Below, piece after piece: positions 18,392 through 28,425 of a DNA stretch of 64,000 nucleotides. The translations under genes and the position numbers were made by a program. The number at the start of each line of letters is the position of its first letter. Positions within the stretch are counted from its first letter, which is position 1. Origin of the DNA: Patescibacteria group bacterium (GTDB taxonomy: Bacteria > Patescibacteriota > Minisyncoccia > Ryanbacterales > GWA2-47-10b); the NCBI GenBank assembly GCA_038065475.1, contig JBBTQY010000001.1, positions 26,145 to 90,144 on the forward strand, read 5' to 3'. The notes below the pieces were generated by a model that saw nothing but the letters and a program-made list of their open reading frames with translations, ran no database searches and had not been told where the DNA came from.

Positions 18392-19690
18392 CTATCGCCC
18401 TATACCATTGTAGATAATATTGGAGTCCAAAAATATATCTTTTTCTAGACAGTTACGCCCGTCTACAATTGTTCTGACTCCATATTTTTTTAGATCATCA
18501 GGAGTAAGTTTCTTGAAAATGCTATGTGCGGTGGCGACGATAACACCGATTGATCCCTGTAAGGCTTCCTCTAAAGTTTTTACATCTGAACGATCAAGTA
18601 CAAATGGATCATAGGCAACCACCTCTGCTCCAAACTCTTTCAAAATTTTAATAATCTCAAACGATGGGCTCTCGCGACAATCATCAATATCTGCCTTATA
18701 TGAAAGTCCCAATACAGCTATGCGTGACCCATTGATAGCAATCTTCTTTTCATTGAGTCCTGCGATCAATTGCTCAACGGCGAAATGGGGCATGCCGTTG
18801 TTTATACGGCGAGCGAGCGCCAAAAAATCATGATCGAAACCATTCTTTTTTGCATACTCAATAAGATAATACGGATCAACAGGTATACAGTGTCCGCCTA
18901 CACCGCAGCCTGGATAGTGAGGCATAAAAGCAAAGGGCTTGGTGGCTGCGCCATCAATTACATTTACTACATCAATGCCGAGGCGTGAGAATGACCGCGC
19001 GAGTTCGTTTACAAATGCAATATTGATATCTCGAAAAGAATTCTCAACAACTTTAACTGCCTCTGCCTCTTTGAGGTTTCCCATCGGCTTTACCGTGCCA
19101 GTCAAAATTGATTCATAAAATGCCACGGCCTTTTTGAGTCCTGCCTCATCAAAGCTGCCAACAACGCGCGGTATATTTTCCACGTTCCATTTTTTATCAC
19201 CCGGATTGATACGCTCAGGACAGTGTGCCAAAGAAAAATCTTTACCACACTCCATGCCGGAGATTGATTCGAGTATCGGTAATACCACGCTCTCTGAAAC
19301 TCCCGGGTTCACTGTTGACTCTAAGATAACTAAGGTATCTTTTTGAAGATACGGAGCAATCGAGCGCACGGCATTTTCCACCGGCTCAAGATTTGGCATA
19401 TGATTTTCATACACCGGTGTTGGTACGCAAATAATCACAATGCCGCAATCTTTAACTACAGAGAAATCATGGGTGGGTGTAAATGAAACTTCCTGCAAAG
19501 CCTGCTCAATCGCCTCATCCTGTATTGGGGATTTCTTTTGTTTTAAGAGCTCTATCTTCTGCTGGCTGACATCTATGCCAAAAACCTCATAGCCCTTGCG
19601 GGCCGCAAGCAAAACAAGCGGAAGACCCACATACCCAAGGCCTACAACCGCTATTTTTTCCTTATCTGGTAATGTTTTTTTGGCCTCCAT
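18392..19690 (-). CDS. nucleotide-sugar dehydrogenase (UDP-glucose / UDP-N-acetylhexosamine 6-dehydrogenase family)
   Basis: N-terminal Rossmann motif IAVVGLGYVGLPLV, central catalytic Cys region, and a C-terminal UDP-binding domain. Confidence 0.85.
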   Translation of the reverse strand: MEAKKTLPDKEKIAVVGLGYVGLPLVLLAARKGYEVFGIDVSQQKIELLKQKKSPIQDEAIEQALQEVSFTPTHDFSVVKDCGIVIICVPTPVYENHMPNLEPVENAVRSIAPYLQKDTLVILESTVNPGVSESVVLPILESISGMECGKDFSLAHCPERINPGDKKWNVENIPRVVGSFDEAGLKKAVAFYESILTGTVKPMGNLKEAEAVKVVENSFRDINIAFVNELARSFSRLGIDVVNVIDGAATKPFAFMPHYPGCGVGGHCIPVDPYYLIEYAKKNGFDHDFLALARRINNGMPHFAVEQLIAGLNEKKIAINGSRIAVLGLSYKADIDDCRESPSFEIIKILKEFGAEVVAYDPFVLDRSDVKTLEEALQGSIGVIVATAHSIFKKLTPDDLKKYGVRTIVDGRNCLEKDIFLDSNIIYNGIGR

Positions 19691-19955
19691 AGTTGGCCTA
19701 GTTTACAATAAAATAATAAAAGAGTCAATAGCTCCCTAGAGTATAGAGAACCATTTCCATTAACAATAACGTTCTAACTGGGGTTGTGTGATGATAACAC
19801 CGCCATCCACCTACTAACTAAGCCTCGTTCGCTTAAGATTTATTACAACCCTATAAACTTATACAACAAAAAGAATTCTTAAAAAGAATACGGTCAGGCC
19901 CAGAAAAAACATTGCGGTCAAAACTGATACTTGCGCCTGTTGAGACATATAATAT

Positions 19956-22900
19956 TTAGAGTTGTGTAATGCTGGCGGCGTTATTTACCCACTGATAGAG
20001 CCCTGTCCAGTTGAGTTTAATAACGCCAACCGCTACGCGATAGGTGCCTGGGCCTGGCGGCGTAAATTCATAGTTAAACACACGAGACTCACCTGCTTGC
20101 AAGGTTTCGCCATTGTAAAATTCTTGGAATACTTGCGTGCCTCCAGCGTCGTACACTTCAAGATTGAGTACTACATGACCGGGTTGAGTGCCGGTATTTT
20201 GAAGGGTCACATCGATATCACGCATACCGGACGCTCCAGTGACCACTGTACTCGCGTGTGTGGGCACAAAATCGGTCATCGGCGTGGTAGATCCGCCCAA
20301 TGACCATGCAGGGTCATTTACATCAACATCCGCCGTTGAACCAAATCGCCCATGGTGACCACTATTTGATCGATCGATAATATCTTGCCCGAAGTTTTCA
20401 TTGAACTTCCAGTATTTGATAAGACCAATCTGAGAGCCGATAAGAGGTTGACCGAGCGTCGCCAAAATATCATCATCTGCACGCACAATATTCCAAACAC
20501 GCATATCCTCGAGAACACCTTTAAATCCCCTTGCGGAATGATCCGCAGGATTGCCGCCGATCACCACAGGAGCTGACGTTTGTGCGATATTGCCCGTTTT
20601 CGGCACCGTTGCGACCACCGCTCCATTTTTATAGAGCCGCATCGCAGCACCGTCATAGCGCGCAGCAATGTGCGTAGTCTCGTTGAGTCCAAATGAACCG
20701 CCAACAAGTTTTGTGACTACACCGTCAGTATTAAGCCTAAAAACAAATTGATTTTGATCATTCACCCCGATAGACCAAACATAATCATTGTCAGTAATAC
20801 CTGTAGCCTTCGCGAGTAGGTCTGCGTTGCGACCAAGCTCTGACGCCTTAAACTCGGCCTCGAAAGTAAAGGTGGGCTCTTCTACGTCCCACACTCCGAT
20901 ATCGACATAATCATTTACACCGTCAAAAACGAGCGCGCCATCGTTATTCGTTGGTATAACAGAAGGTACACTCGCGCAATCGCCAAACCCCTCTGCTGGA
21001 TAACTAAAGATAGCCGTATTATCACCCCACTTATTTTTGACCCATGATGCAGGTCCGGGTGTTTCAAACGATGGATTCTTTACAAGATTGGAAGTATCAT
21101 TACCCTCCTTGCGTACATAAAACTGATCAACAGTTAATGAGCCGACACCATCAATAATATGGAAAAAAGTAACCGTACCTGTATTTGGGGGCGTCAGTAT
21201 AGATGCAGTGGCATCTTGCCATGTTGCTGCGGCGGGCAAAGTACCAAGCCCTCGATATTGTACCGATCCGTCATGCATTCTAAGCACCGCAACAATACGC
21301 GTTGGTACAGTTGCCTTATATTTATCTGAAAAATAATAAGTTAAATCTGATGCAACTACTAACGGCTCGTGATACCACTTGGCATCACCAGTCACATATT
21401 CAGTGATCTCAACTTTCGCTCCACGAACGGTGCAGGCTTCTATTTTTTCATATTCAAAGTTAACGAGTGCAGCGTATGCATTTTCATAGTATTCAAGCTT
21501 CATCGTATGGATTCCGGGTGTCATTTGATGAGTAACAGTATAAGTTGTCGCTGCCTGATCATGCCACTCATCTATGACAAGAACATCATCAACATAAAGC
21601 CGCACACCATCGTCAGCTGTTACAGTAAATTGATAAGTTGCGTCTTCAAAGTCTGCTTGCTTTATCCAGCGCGCTGAGAACCGGTCTGGTTGGATAAGTG
21701 CATGCGGAGAATTAAGCCCCCAATCAAAATTGATCGAGGCATCTTGCTGTACAACGCTCGGAGCTCCGCTCAGATTTATGTTATTGAAATATGATGCGCA
21801 AAATTCATCAGCACCGACGACACCCGATACCGGATAAGAAAAAGTTACCGTATTATCGCCCCAACTATTCTGAGCCCAGTTATCTGATCCTCCCTCTTCA
21901 AATGACCAATCGCTAATAAGATTATTTTCTTGATCTGATATATCGTAAAGTTCATAAGCATCCACTTCCAAAAACCCTACAGATCGAATGAGATGAAAAA
22001 TAGAAATACGTTGAGCATCCTCGGGTACAAAAAACGTTTTTTCGTTTTTTGTCCAGGTGTCAGACGGCGCCACTTCTCCTAACCAGCGGTACAAAAACGT
22101 TCCGTTGGTCAGACGGATTTGCAAAATTAAAGTTGAGGAAACATCTGATCGAGAGTAATTAGAAAAATTATATAATCCAGCGCCTGGCACAACATCTACC
22201 TCTTTCATGCGCCACTTGGCGTCACCGGACGTATATGCCGACATATCAATGCGAGCTGCCTTCGCGCTACAAATATCTTTCTTGGCATACGCAAGTTTTG
22301 CGACCGCCGCAAAACCATTTTCATAATATTCCATACGAATAGTATGGAGCCCCGGAGTGATTGAGCGCTCAACGGTATGAGCTGTCGCTGCTTGATCGTG
22401 CCATTCATCTATGATAGCGACATCGTCAATAAAGAGGCGCACGCCATCATCAGCATTTACCGTGAACTCATATAGCCCTCCATCAAAATTTTCTTGTCGC
22501 GTCCAACGAGCAGAAAAATGGTCATCAGGAATTACAGGATTCGGTGAACCAAGCCCCCAATCAAAATTGATCGAGGCATCACTACGCGTAAGAGCTGGCG
22601 TACCTATCGGCGTTTGAGTATTATAATACTCGCCGATAAAACCATTCGAAGCATCAACTAATCCTATATTAATACTTTTCTTCACAGAAAGACCTTGGGA
22701 ATCTGTTGCTGTTAAAGCAAGCTCGAAATATGTATCACTACCATGATCAGGAACGACGAAGCTACCAGACTCGCCCGTCATATCTAATAGAGGATGGTTA
22801 TGACACGTGCCAAACGGACAATGATGAACAATAACCACCCACTGAAGACTGCCCCCAGCAAGGGCACCGTCCTCAAGGTCACTGGCGGATCCGGAAAAAT

Positions 22901-24497
22901 TCAATGTATCACCTTGATGTACTGATGTTCCGTCAGTTGGAGCGATGATTGTCGCTGTAGGCTGATGATTGCCTGGCTGAATCTGCACAGAAGCCGAACC
23001 GGCTGCATTAAAGCTATCGGTGACAGTTAATGTTACGTTAAATATGCCAGCTGTCGTATATGTATATGTTGGATTTGCCTCTTCAGAGGTTGCCCCGTTA
23101 CCAAAATCCCAATGATAACTAATAGTATTTCCATCTTGGTCGGAAGATCCAGCGCTTGAAAAATGTACAGTCATTGGTACAGAGCCGCCTACTGCATCGG
23201 TAGAAATTTTTGCTGTGGGGGCATGATTATCGCTCGAGTAACGCACGCGCACAATCTCATCAGGATAAATAGAAACATAATAAAGATGCCCATCCGGCCC
23301 CATGGTGATATCCACCGGTGTTGCAACCTGCTGACTAAAAATCTTGTTACTATCAGGAACAAGGTTATTTAAATCGTCCAACCTTAAGGTACGCATTTCA
23401 TTGCGGCCGTAATCACTGAAAAAGAAAGAGCCCTGATACTCAGCCGGGAACTCTGTACCGGTATAAAAAGTACCACCAACTACCGCAGCTCCCGGCGGAT
23501 GATTATACGTATAGAGAGGTTTTGTATCTCCGCCTGCCGCATAAAAATCTTGGCACGCACCCATAAAATGATACCCCTCCTGCTGCTCGTCTCCCTCCCA
23601 ACATGGCCATCCATAATTGCCACCTGGAGTAATAACGTTGATTTCTTCAATAGCCGACCAGCCAACATCGCCTACAACAAGAGTGTTCGTACCAGGCTTA
23701 ATATTAAAACGGTATGGATTGCGAAACCCATATGCCCATACTTTTGAGCGATTTTCGTTTGGATCGCCAGTATAAAAAGGGTTTGATTCAATACCGGTGC
23801 CGTCTGTATTAATGTGTAAAATTTTACCCGCCAAACTATCAAGGTTTTGGGTACGCAACGCAAGCGGATCTACTGTCGTGAATGACGAGGCGTCACCTGA
23901 ACTGACAAAAAGAGTACCATCATCGGCAACCCGAACAGATCCAATAGTATGGCTTGGGGAGTCGCTCGGAATACAATCAGCACCTACGGGAAGATCTTCG
24001 CAAGACGCGGCACTAGCCGTCCCTAAGATGATCGTTTCACTGCCAGGTAGAGCAACATCGCCATCAGCGACAACACGAGAAAGACGACTTGTTTTAGTGC
24101 CAGTGTAATCATCGGGATTATTTTCATAAGTATAGAGTAGATAAATAAAATGGTTCGTCTCAAAGTCCTTATCAAAGGCAAGATCAAGTAAACCACGATC
24201 ATTATAATCATTGACGTGTGAGAGAGTGATAAATGGCGTAGGTAAAACAACACCATCCTTTACAACTTTCACCACTCCTCCCTTTTCCACCACAAACATT
24301 CGGCCATCGGGAGCAAAGCGTGTCGCTACGGGCAAATTAAAACCAGAGGCTACAGACTCAAGGTAAAAACCTGCTGGCAAATCAGTTGCCGCAGCACCCC
24401 ACGATACGGGGATGAAATGCCAAACACTCAAGGCTAAAAAAAGCCCGAGAACTATAGATATTTTTACTTTTATGGATTTCGTTTTCATGCTTAGCAT
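19956..24497 (-). CDS. giant secreted multidomain surface protein: GSDH-like β-propeller + PKD + 2×(PA14 + β-sandwich) + LamG/ConA-like + CARDB-like
   Basis: Signal peptide MKTKSIKVKISIVLGLFLALSV. GSDH motifs (VASGFNLPVATRFAPDGRMFVVEKGG). PKD domain (…YHWDFGNGATS…). Two PA14 domains (…DHFSARWTRQ…DDGVRLFIDDV and …DRFSARWIKQ…DDGVRLYVDDV). LamG-like and CARDB-like C-terminus. The ORF track extends to 24593, but the signal peptide begins at the internal Met (24488/24497), which also removes the overlap with the upstream GT39 gene. Confidence 0.8.
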   Translation of the reverse strand: MLSMKTKSIKVKISIVLGLFLALSVWHFIPVSWGAAATDLPAGFYLESVASGFNLPVATRFAPDGRMFVVEKGGVVKVVKDGVVLPTPFITLSHVNDYNDRGLLDLAFDKDFETNHFIYLLYTYENNPDDYTGTKTSRLSRVVADGDVALPGSETIILGTASAASCEDLPVGADCIPSDSPSHTIGSVRVADDGTLFVSSGDASSFTTVDPLALRTQNLDSLAGKILHINTDGTGIESNPFYTGDPNENRSKVWAYGFRNPYRFNIKPGTNTLVVGDVGWSAIEEINVITPGGNYGWPCWEGDEQQEGYHFMGACQDFYAAGGDTKPLYTYNHPPGAAVVGGTFYTGTEFPAEYQGSFFFSDYGRNEMRTLRLDDLNNLVPDSNKIFSQQVATPVDITMGPDGHLYYVSIYPDEIVRVRYSSDNHAPTAKISTDAVGGSVPMTVHFSSAGSSDQDGNTISYHWDFGNGATSEEANPTYTYTTAGIFNVTLTVTDSFNAAGSASVQIQPGNHQPTATIIAPTDGTSVHQGDTLNFSGSASDLEDGALAGGSLQWVVIVHHCPFGTCHNHPLLDMTGESGSFVVPDHGSDTYFELALTATDSQGLSVKKSINIGLVDASNGFIGEYYNTQTPIGTPALTRSDASINFDWGLGSPNPVIPDDHFSARWTRQENFDGGLYEFTVNADDGVRLFIDDVAIIDEWHDQAATAHTVERSITPGLHTIRMEYYENGFAAVAKLAYAKKDICSAKAARIDMSAYTSGDAKWRMKEVDVVPGAGLYNFSNYSRSDVSSTLILQIRLTNGTFLYRWLGEVAPSDTWTKNEKTFFVPEDAQRISIFHLIRSVGFLEVDAYELYDISDQENNLISDWSFEEGGSDNWAQNSWGDNTVTFSYPVSGVVGADEFCASYFNNINLSGAPSVVQQDASINFDWGLNSPHALIQPDRFSARWIKQADFEDATYQFTVTADDGVRLYVDDVLVIDEWHDQAATTYTVTHQMTPGIHTMKLEYYENAYAALVNFEYEKIEACTVRGAKVEITEYVTGDAKWYHEPLVVASDLTYYFSDKYKATVPTRIVAVLRMHDGSVQYRGLGTLPAAATWQDATASILTPPNTGTVTFFHIIDGVGSLTVDQFYVRKEGNDTSNLVKNPSFETPGPASWVKNKWGDNTAIFSYPAEGFGDCASVPSVIPTNNDGALVFDGVNDYVDIGVWDVEEPTFTFEAEFKASELGRNADLLAKATGITDNDYVWSIGVNDQNQFVFRLNTDGVVTKLVGGSFGLNETTHIAARYDGAAMRLYKNGAVVATVPKTGNIAQTSAPVVIGGNPADHSARGFKGVLEDMRVWNIVRADDDILATLGQPLIGSQIGLIKYWKFNENFGQDIIDRSNSGHHGRFGSTADVDVNDPAWSLGGSTTPMTDFVPTHASTVVTGASGMRDIDVTLQNTGTQPGHVVLNLEVYDAGGTQVFQEFYNGETLQAGESRVFNYEFTPPGPGTYRVAVGVIKLNWTGLYQWVNNAASITQL

Positions 24498-24531
24498 TAC
24501 TAGGATATTCTTAGCACACAACAAGCCCCCA

Positions 24532-26133
24532 TTACAAAGCCTCGGGCACCGTGAGATCGCTGTTTTGATTACAGCCAAGTGTAGCTGCGACACGCTGCGA
24601 CTTGTCTCGAAGCTTATAAATCTTCACATCTTGATACGAATACACGCAATCAAACTCGCTCGCCAACCACTCACCGCTACGAAATCGCTCATCAATACGA
24701 TCTTTTTCTCTTAACACGGCCCAATCAACCGCGCGCTCAGGCGCCTCTAGTGCGGCGCCGAAAAGCTTGGGATCGCCCACATGCACCCAATACTTGAAAG
24801 GAATACGACTTGCAAAAGGCACAGCATCATTATTAAAAATATCGACCAAGATTAAACCGTGATCGTAATTATCTTGCAACCACTCACCCGCTTCCAGTCG
24901 ACTTTCATTGGCGTGCGCTCCGGCAAAACCATCAACAGCCTCATGCAGAGTTATAATATTATTACTAAGCAACATAACACCGTACTCAATAAAAATTACA
25001 ACGAGCATAAAGATACCAACCTTTTGAAATCGCGCCCCGATAACACCGACAAGGATGGCAAAAAATGGCACAAACATAAGTGCGTAGCGAACATTAAATA
25101 TAAGATACGGTGCTAGTTGGGGAACAAAGATAACGGCATTACCGCCAAATATATTGAGAATATAGTAAACGATGTGAACACCTATCAAGAGAACAAAAAG
25201 ATATCTTAATTGTTTATGCTTTAAGATTTGCCACACAATATATATGAGCCCGAAAATGCTAAAAATAATTAAGAACCATCCTGAGACCATTTGCGCCGCA
25301 TACCATATGTGAGCCAGGGTATTTTCAAGGTCGCCACGCGAGGGTAAGAAGCCGGCAGCTGCGAGTGACTCTTGTTGACCCTTCGAAGAATACTCCCCTA
25401 CTGCAAAATAAAATGGGTTATCAAAAATTGCATAATTCCAAGTAAGCCATAGAACGGGGCCGAGGAACGCAAGAGACGCAAATAAAATAATGGTTGCCTC
25501 AACCTTTTTAGAATCTCGAGAAGTAAGATATAAATAGAGAGCAACAACACATACCGTTGCGATAGCAAAAATCCAACCATCATAACGCGATAGCGTCGCG
25601 AATAAAAACGCTACGCCACTGGCGACCAAATAAATATCTTTAAGAGAACGTGCCCACAGCAAAGCATACATTAGAGCACCGAGCATGGCAGCTATATAAA
25701 ACATCTCTGACAAAGGCGTAGCCTGCATATAAAGCGTATTGGGATTTAGCATAAAGATAAGAGCTGCCAAACCCCCAGCAATCGGTCCTGCCAAAGTCTC
25801 TCCAATTTTGAAAAGAAACCATGAAGCAAGAATGTAAGCGAGCATCGAGAAAAAAATACCAGCAAACCCCGAATAGTAGAGAAAATCTATCCAGATAAAC
25901 GGCAGCATAACAAGGCTTGGTGCAGGCAACCATACATATCCCAATTGAGAAAATCCCGGAGACGTGCCGTCGACCACACGTCGCGACAAATTTAATCGAG
26001 CGGTGGCATCACCGCTAGCATTAGCGAGATCAAGATACATTACTAAAGCCGTCACGACCAAGCTCAAGAAAATAGCTAGAGCTAAAACAAAATATTTTAT
26101 ATATGGTTTATATTTTTCGATCATAGCAATCAT
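24532..26133 (-). CDS. GT39/PMT_2-family membrane glycosyltransferase (protein O-mannosyltransferase / ArnT-like)
   Basis: 533 aa with ~12 TM helices and the loop/TM layout of the PMT_2/ArnT superfamily. 4-bp overlap with the upstream GT2. Confidence 0.65.
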   Translation of the reverse strand: MIAMIEKYKPYIKYFVLALAIFLSLVVTALVMYLDLANASGDATARLNLSRRVVDGTSPGFSQLGYVWLPAPSLVMLPFIWIDFLYYSGFAGIFFSMLAYILASWFLFKIGETLAGPIAGGLAALIFMLNPNTLYMQATPLSEMFYIAAMLGALMYALLWARSLKDIYLVASGVAFLFATLSRYDGWIFAIATVCVVALYLYLTSRDSKKVEATIILFASLAFLGPVLWLTWNYAIFDNPFYFAVGEYSSKGQQESLAAAGFLPSRGDLENTLAHIWYAAQMVSGWFLIIFSIFGLIYIVWQILKHKQLRYLFVLLIGVHIVYYILNIFGGNAVIFVPQLAPYLIFNVRYALMFVPFFAILVGVIGARFQKVGIFMLVVIFIEYGVMLLSNNIITLHEAVDGFAGAHANESRLEAGEWLQDNYDHGLILVDIFNNDAVPFASRIPFKYWVHVGDPKLFGAALEAPERAVDWAVLREKDRIDERFRSGEWLASEFDCVYSYQDVKIYKLRDKSQRVAATLGCNQNSDLTVPEAL

Positions 26134-27704
26134 TCTAATACTCTCTGCTCACGTAAATGGCTCCCGTGACGCGTCTTCTCCCAAGTGTGTGGGCTACTGA
26201 TCATCTGTAAAACGGCGCGCATAGTGGCAACGGCCAAAAGCATCCAATAGAGCGGGGTCAGCAAAACATATTTTAATAGGGCGTAACGTTTGCGACGATA
26301 AACAGCTAAAAGATTCATATACATGAAAACAAAGTTTCCTACCAAAAAAGAAAAAATAGAGAAATAAAGTATCAGAGGAGGATAGAGTCTCTGGATAAAA
26401 GCAGCTTCGGTGGTGAACCAAATAAATTGAGTGATCCAAGATAAAAAATTGAGCAAGTTAAGAACAATTGTCCCCGGTACAATATATAAAAATGCAAAAA
26501 AGTTAATCCAGCCGCCTATCTCTTTTTTAAAACGAAAAGGATGTCGTAAATGTACAATGCTTGTCTGTATAAAACCCTTCATCCAACGAGTACGCTGCGG
26601 AATCCAAGAATCGAGAGTACTCGTAGCCTCTTCTAAGCTCGCACTATTAAGCATACCAACCTGGTAACCTTTACGATGAAGGCGCATACCGATATCGCAA
26701 TCTTCCGTAACATTGTATGGGTCCCAGGCGCCTATCGCTTTTAATGCCTCCATACGAAAGTGAGTGCTATGTCCAGATAATGGTATTGGAAAGCCTAGCT
26801 TTTGAAGACCTGGCAAAAATAAATCGTAGTAAAAAGCAAATTCTGCGTTAAAAAGCCTAGTGAGAATATTTTGATCAGCATTGTAATGATCAAGCCTTAC
26901 CTGGAGCGCTCCAACATCTGGATATTTTCCAAAAGCAAGAATAGCTTTTTTAAGCTGATCAGCATCCGGAATAATTTCTGCGTCATAAATAACAACATAC
27001 TCCCCCTTGGCCTGGTGCAAGGCAACATTAAGTGCCTTTGGTTTTGTCTTTGGCTTTACATTGGGCAAGATGAGAACACGAAAATTGTCCGGAGGATTTA
27101 TAGCTTTAATAGCATCGTGGGTGGCTTTATCATATTCTTCGAGAGTGATAATAAACTCGAGTTTTTCTTTAGGATAATCAATAGCTTTCATTGCACGCAC
27201 AATCTGCGGGATCACTTCGGCTTCATTTAAGAGCGGAATAAAAACAGTATAAAAAGGTAAATCATCTGTAAGCTCGGCTATTTCTTTCTTTGAGAAATCA
27301 ATGAGCGGATAATGCGAACCCTTATAGACTACCCAGAGCTTAAAAATAACGAAAGTAAAATAGAAGAGCGCTATCAATCCGGACAAGATAGCAAGAAATG
27401 AAAGATTAAGTGCTAGGTGCAAAAAAATTATAAAAAACGCAAACAGTACGGTAACGAATGCGCCCGCAGCGACAGTTTCATGATATACATGTTTTTTTGC
27501 GCTATGAATCTCCGGAAGAAACAGAAAATCGCCAGAATTATCAAAATCATGACCTCTAGCTTCTGAATGATGGGGATGATCTAAAAATTTGAATACAAAG
27601 AAAAACCAGACGCGCACCGTGCGCAATAAAGCCAATATAAAACCAGAAACCTCGTCCAAGACCGAGGAAATGAGAGGCTTAACTATTTTTACCATTCTTT
27701 CCAT
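26130..27704 (-). CDS. family-2 glycosyltransferase with QxxRW motif and flanking TM bundles
   Basis: GT-A core (YDAE, TED) with QRTRWMKG. Hydrophobic N- and C-terminal segments. Confidence 0.75.
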   Translation of the reverse strand: MERMVKIVKPLISSVLDEVSGFILALLRTVRVWFFFVFKFLDHPHHSEARGHDFDNSGDFLFLPEIHSAKKHVYHETVAAGAFVTVLFAFFIIFLHLALNLSFLAILSGLIALFYFTFVIFKLWVVYKGSHYPLIDFSKKEIAELTDDLPFYTVFIPLLNEAEVIPQIVRAMKAIDYPKEKLEFIITLEEYDKATHDAIKAINPPDNFRVLILPNVKPKTKPKALNVALHQAKGEYVVIYDAEIIPDADQLKKAILAFGKYPDVGALQVRLDHYNADQNILTRLFNAEFAFYYDLFLPGLQKLGFPIPLSGHSTHFRMEALKAIGAWDPYNVTEDCDIGMRLHRKGYQVGMLNSASLEEATSTLDSWIPQRTRWMKGFIQTSIVHLRHPFRFKKEIGGWINFFAFLYIVPGTIVLNLLNFLSWITQFIWFTTEAAFIQRLYPPLILYFSIFSFLVGNFVFMYMNLLAVYRRKRYALLKYVLLTPLYWMLLAVATMRAVLQMISSPHTWEKTRHGSHLREQRVLE

Positions 27705-27821
27705 ATATGTAGCCGTCTAGACATTCGTACAACATATTAATTAAATTGTCAATACTCCTTTAAGAAAAAAGCGAGGTAGCCGATGCTACCTCGCTGATGA
27801 TGAGACGCCTTCCAAGCCCTC

Positions 27822-28400
27822 TTACTGGGCCCAGCAAAACGCCTTGCAATAGTTGAACCTTGCTCGGCATTGCTTGATGGACACTCCGAGCGAAGCGCAC
27901 AAGCCCCTGGTGCAGGGGCGCTCACCGACTATCGGGTCGCAGATCTGCTCGCAGCAGTTCACCTCGGGCGGGCACTGCCCGCAGTACTGGCCGACGCATG
28001 TGCGCCAGACCTGATTGACGTAGCGCAGCGTGCACCCGTTTTGTCCGTACATGCCGACGCCGATACCGTGGTTACCATCCTGAGCGGTGAAGGACACCTC
28101 GAAGGTGTCGGACGTGAGTGCGCCGAGGACAACGTCGGAGTAAGGCTGATGCTCGATCCTGACGCCGTCTCGGAAGACGTCGAGTACGATCGTGACCGGC
28201 ACGTTGGGTGCGAGCGTCACATTCGTGATCTCGGCCGAGCAGTTGACCGGCTGACCTGCCGTCGGATTGTCCGGCACGCAGGTCGTCTGGATGTGGGCCA
28301 GCGGTGAAGTGGCCGGGCACTCGGCCGTCGCATGCGCATCCTCGGTGAAAACGGCGCAAAGCACGGCGAGAGCGATGATCGTTGCGGTAATGAACTTCAT
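27822..28400 (-). CDS. secreted Cys-rich protein (paralog 1)
   Basis: Signal peptide. Cys-rich C-terminal tail ending …CKAFCWAQ. GC-rich with a strong SD (AGGGAG). Paralog of 28426..29019. Confidence 0.55.
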   Translation of the reverse strand: MKFITATIIALAVLCAVFTEDAHATAECPATSPLAHIQTTCVPDNPTAGQPVNCSAEITNVTLAPNVPVTIVLDVFRDGVRIEHQPYSDVVLGALTSDTFEVSFTAQDGNHGIGVGMYGQNGCTLRYVNQVWRTCVGQYCGQCPPEVNCCEQICDPIVGERPCTRGLCASLGVSIKQCRARFNYCKAFCWAQ

Positions 28401-28425
28401 GTCTTTCTCCCTTGTGTTGTGACGG

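Noticed and set aside
19691-19955. Looked for a tRNA or terminator in the 265-bp gap between the giant gene and the EPS operon
   Set aside because: There is no tRNA cloverleaf (no GTTCGA-type T-arm) and only a loop-less AGAATTCT palindrome. It is probably just the promoter region of the EPS operon.
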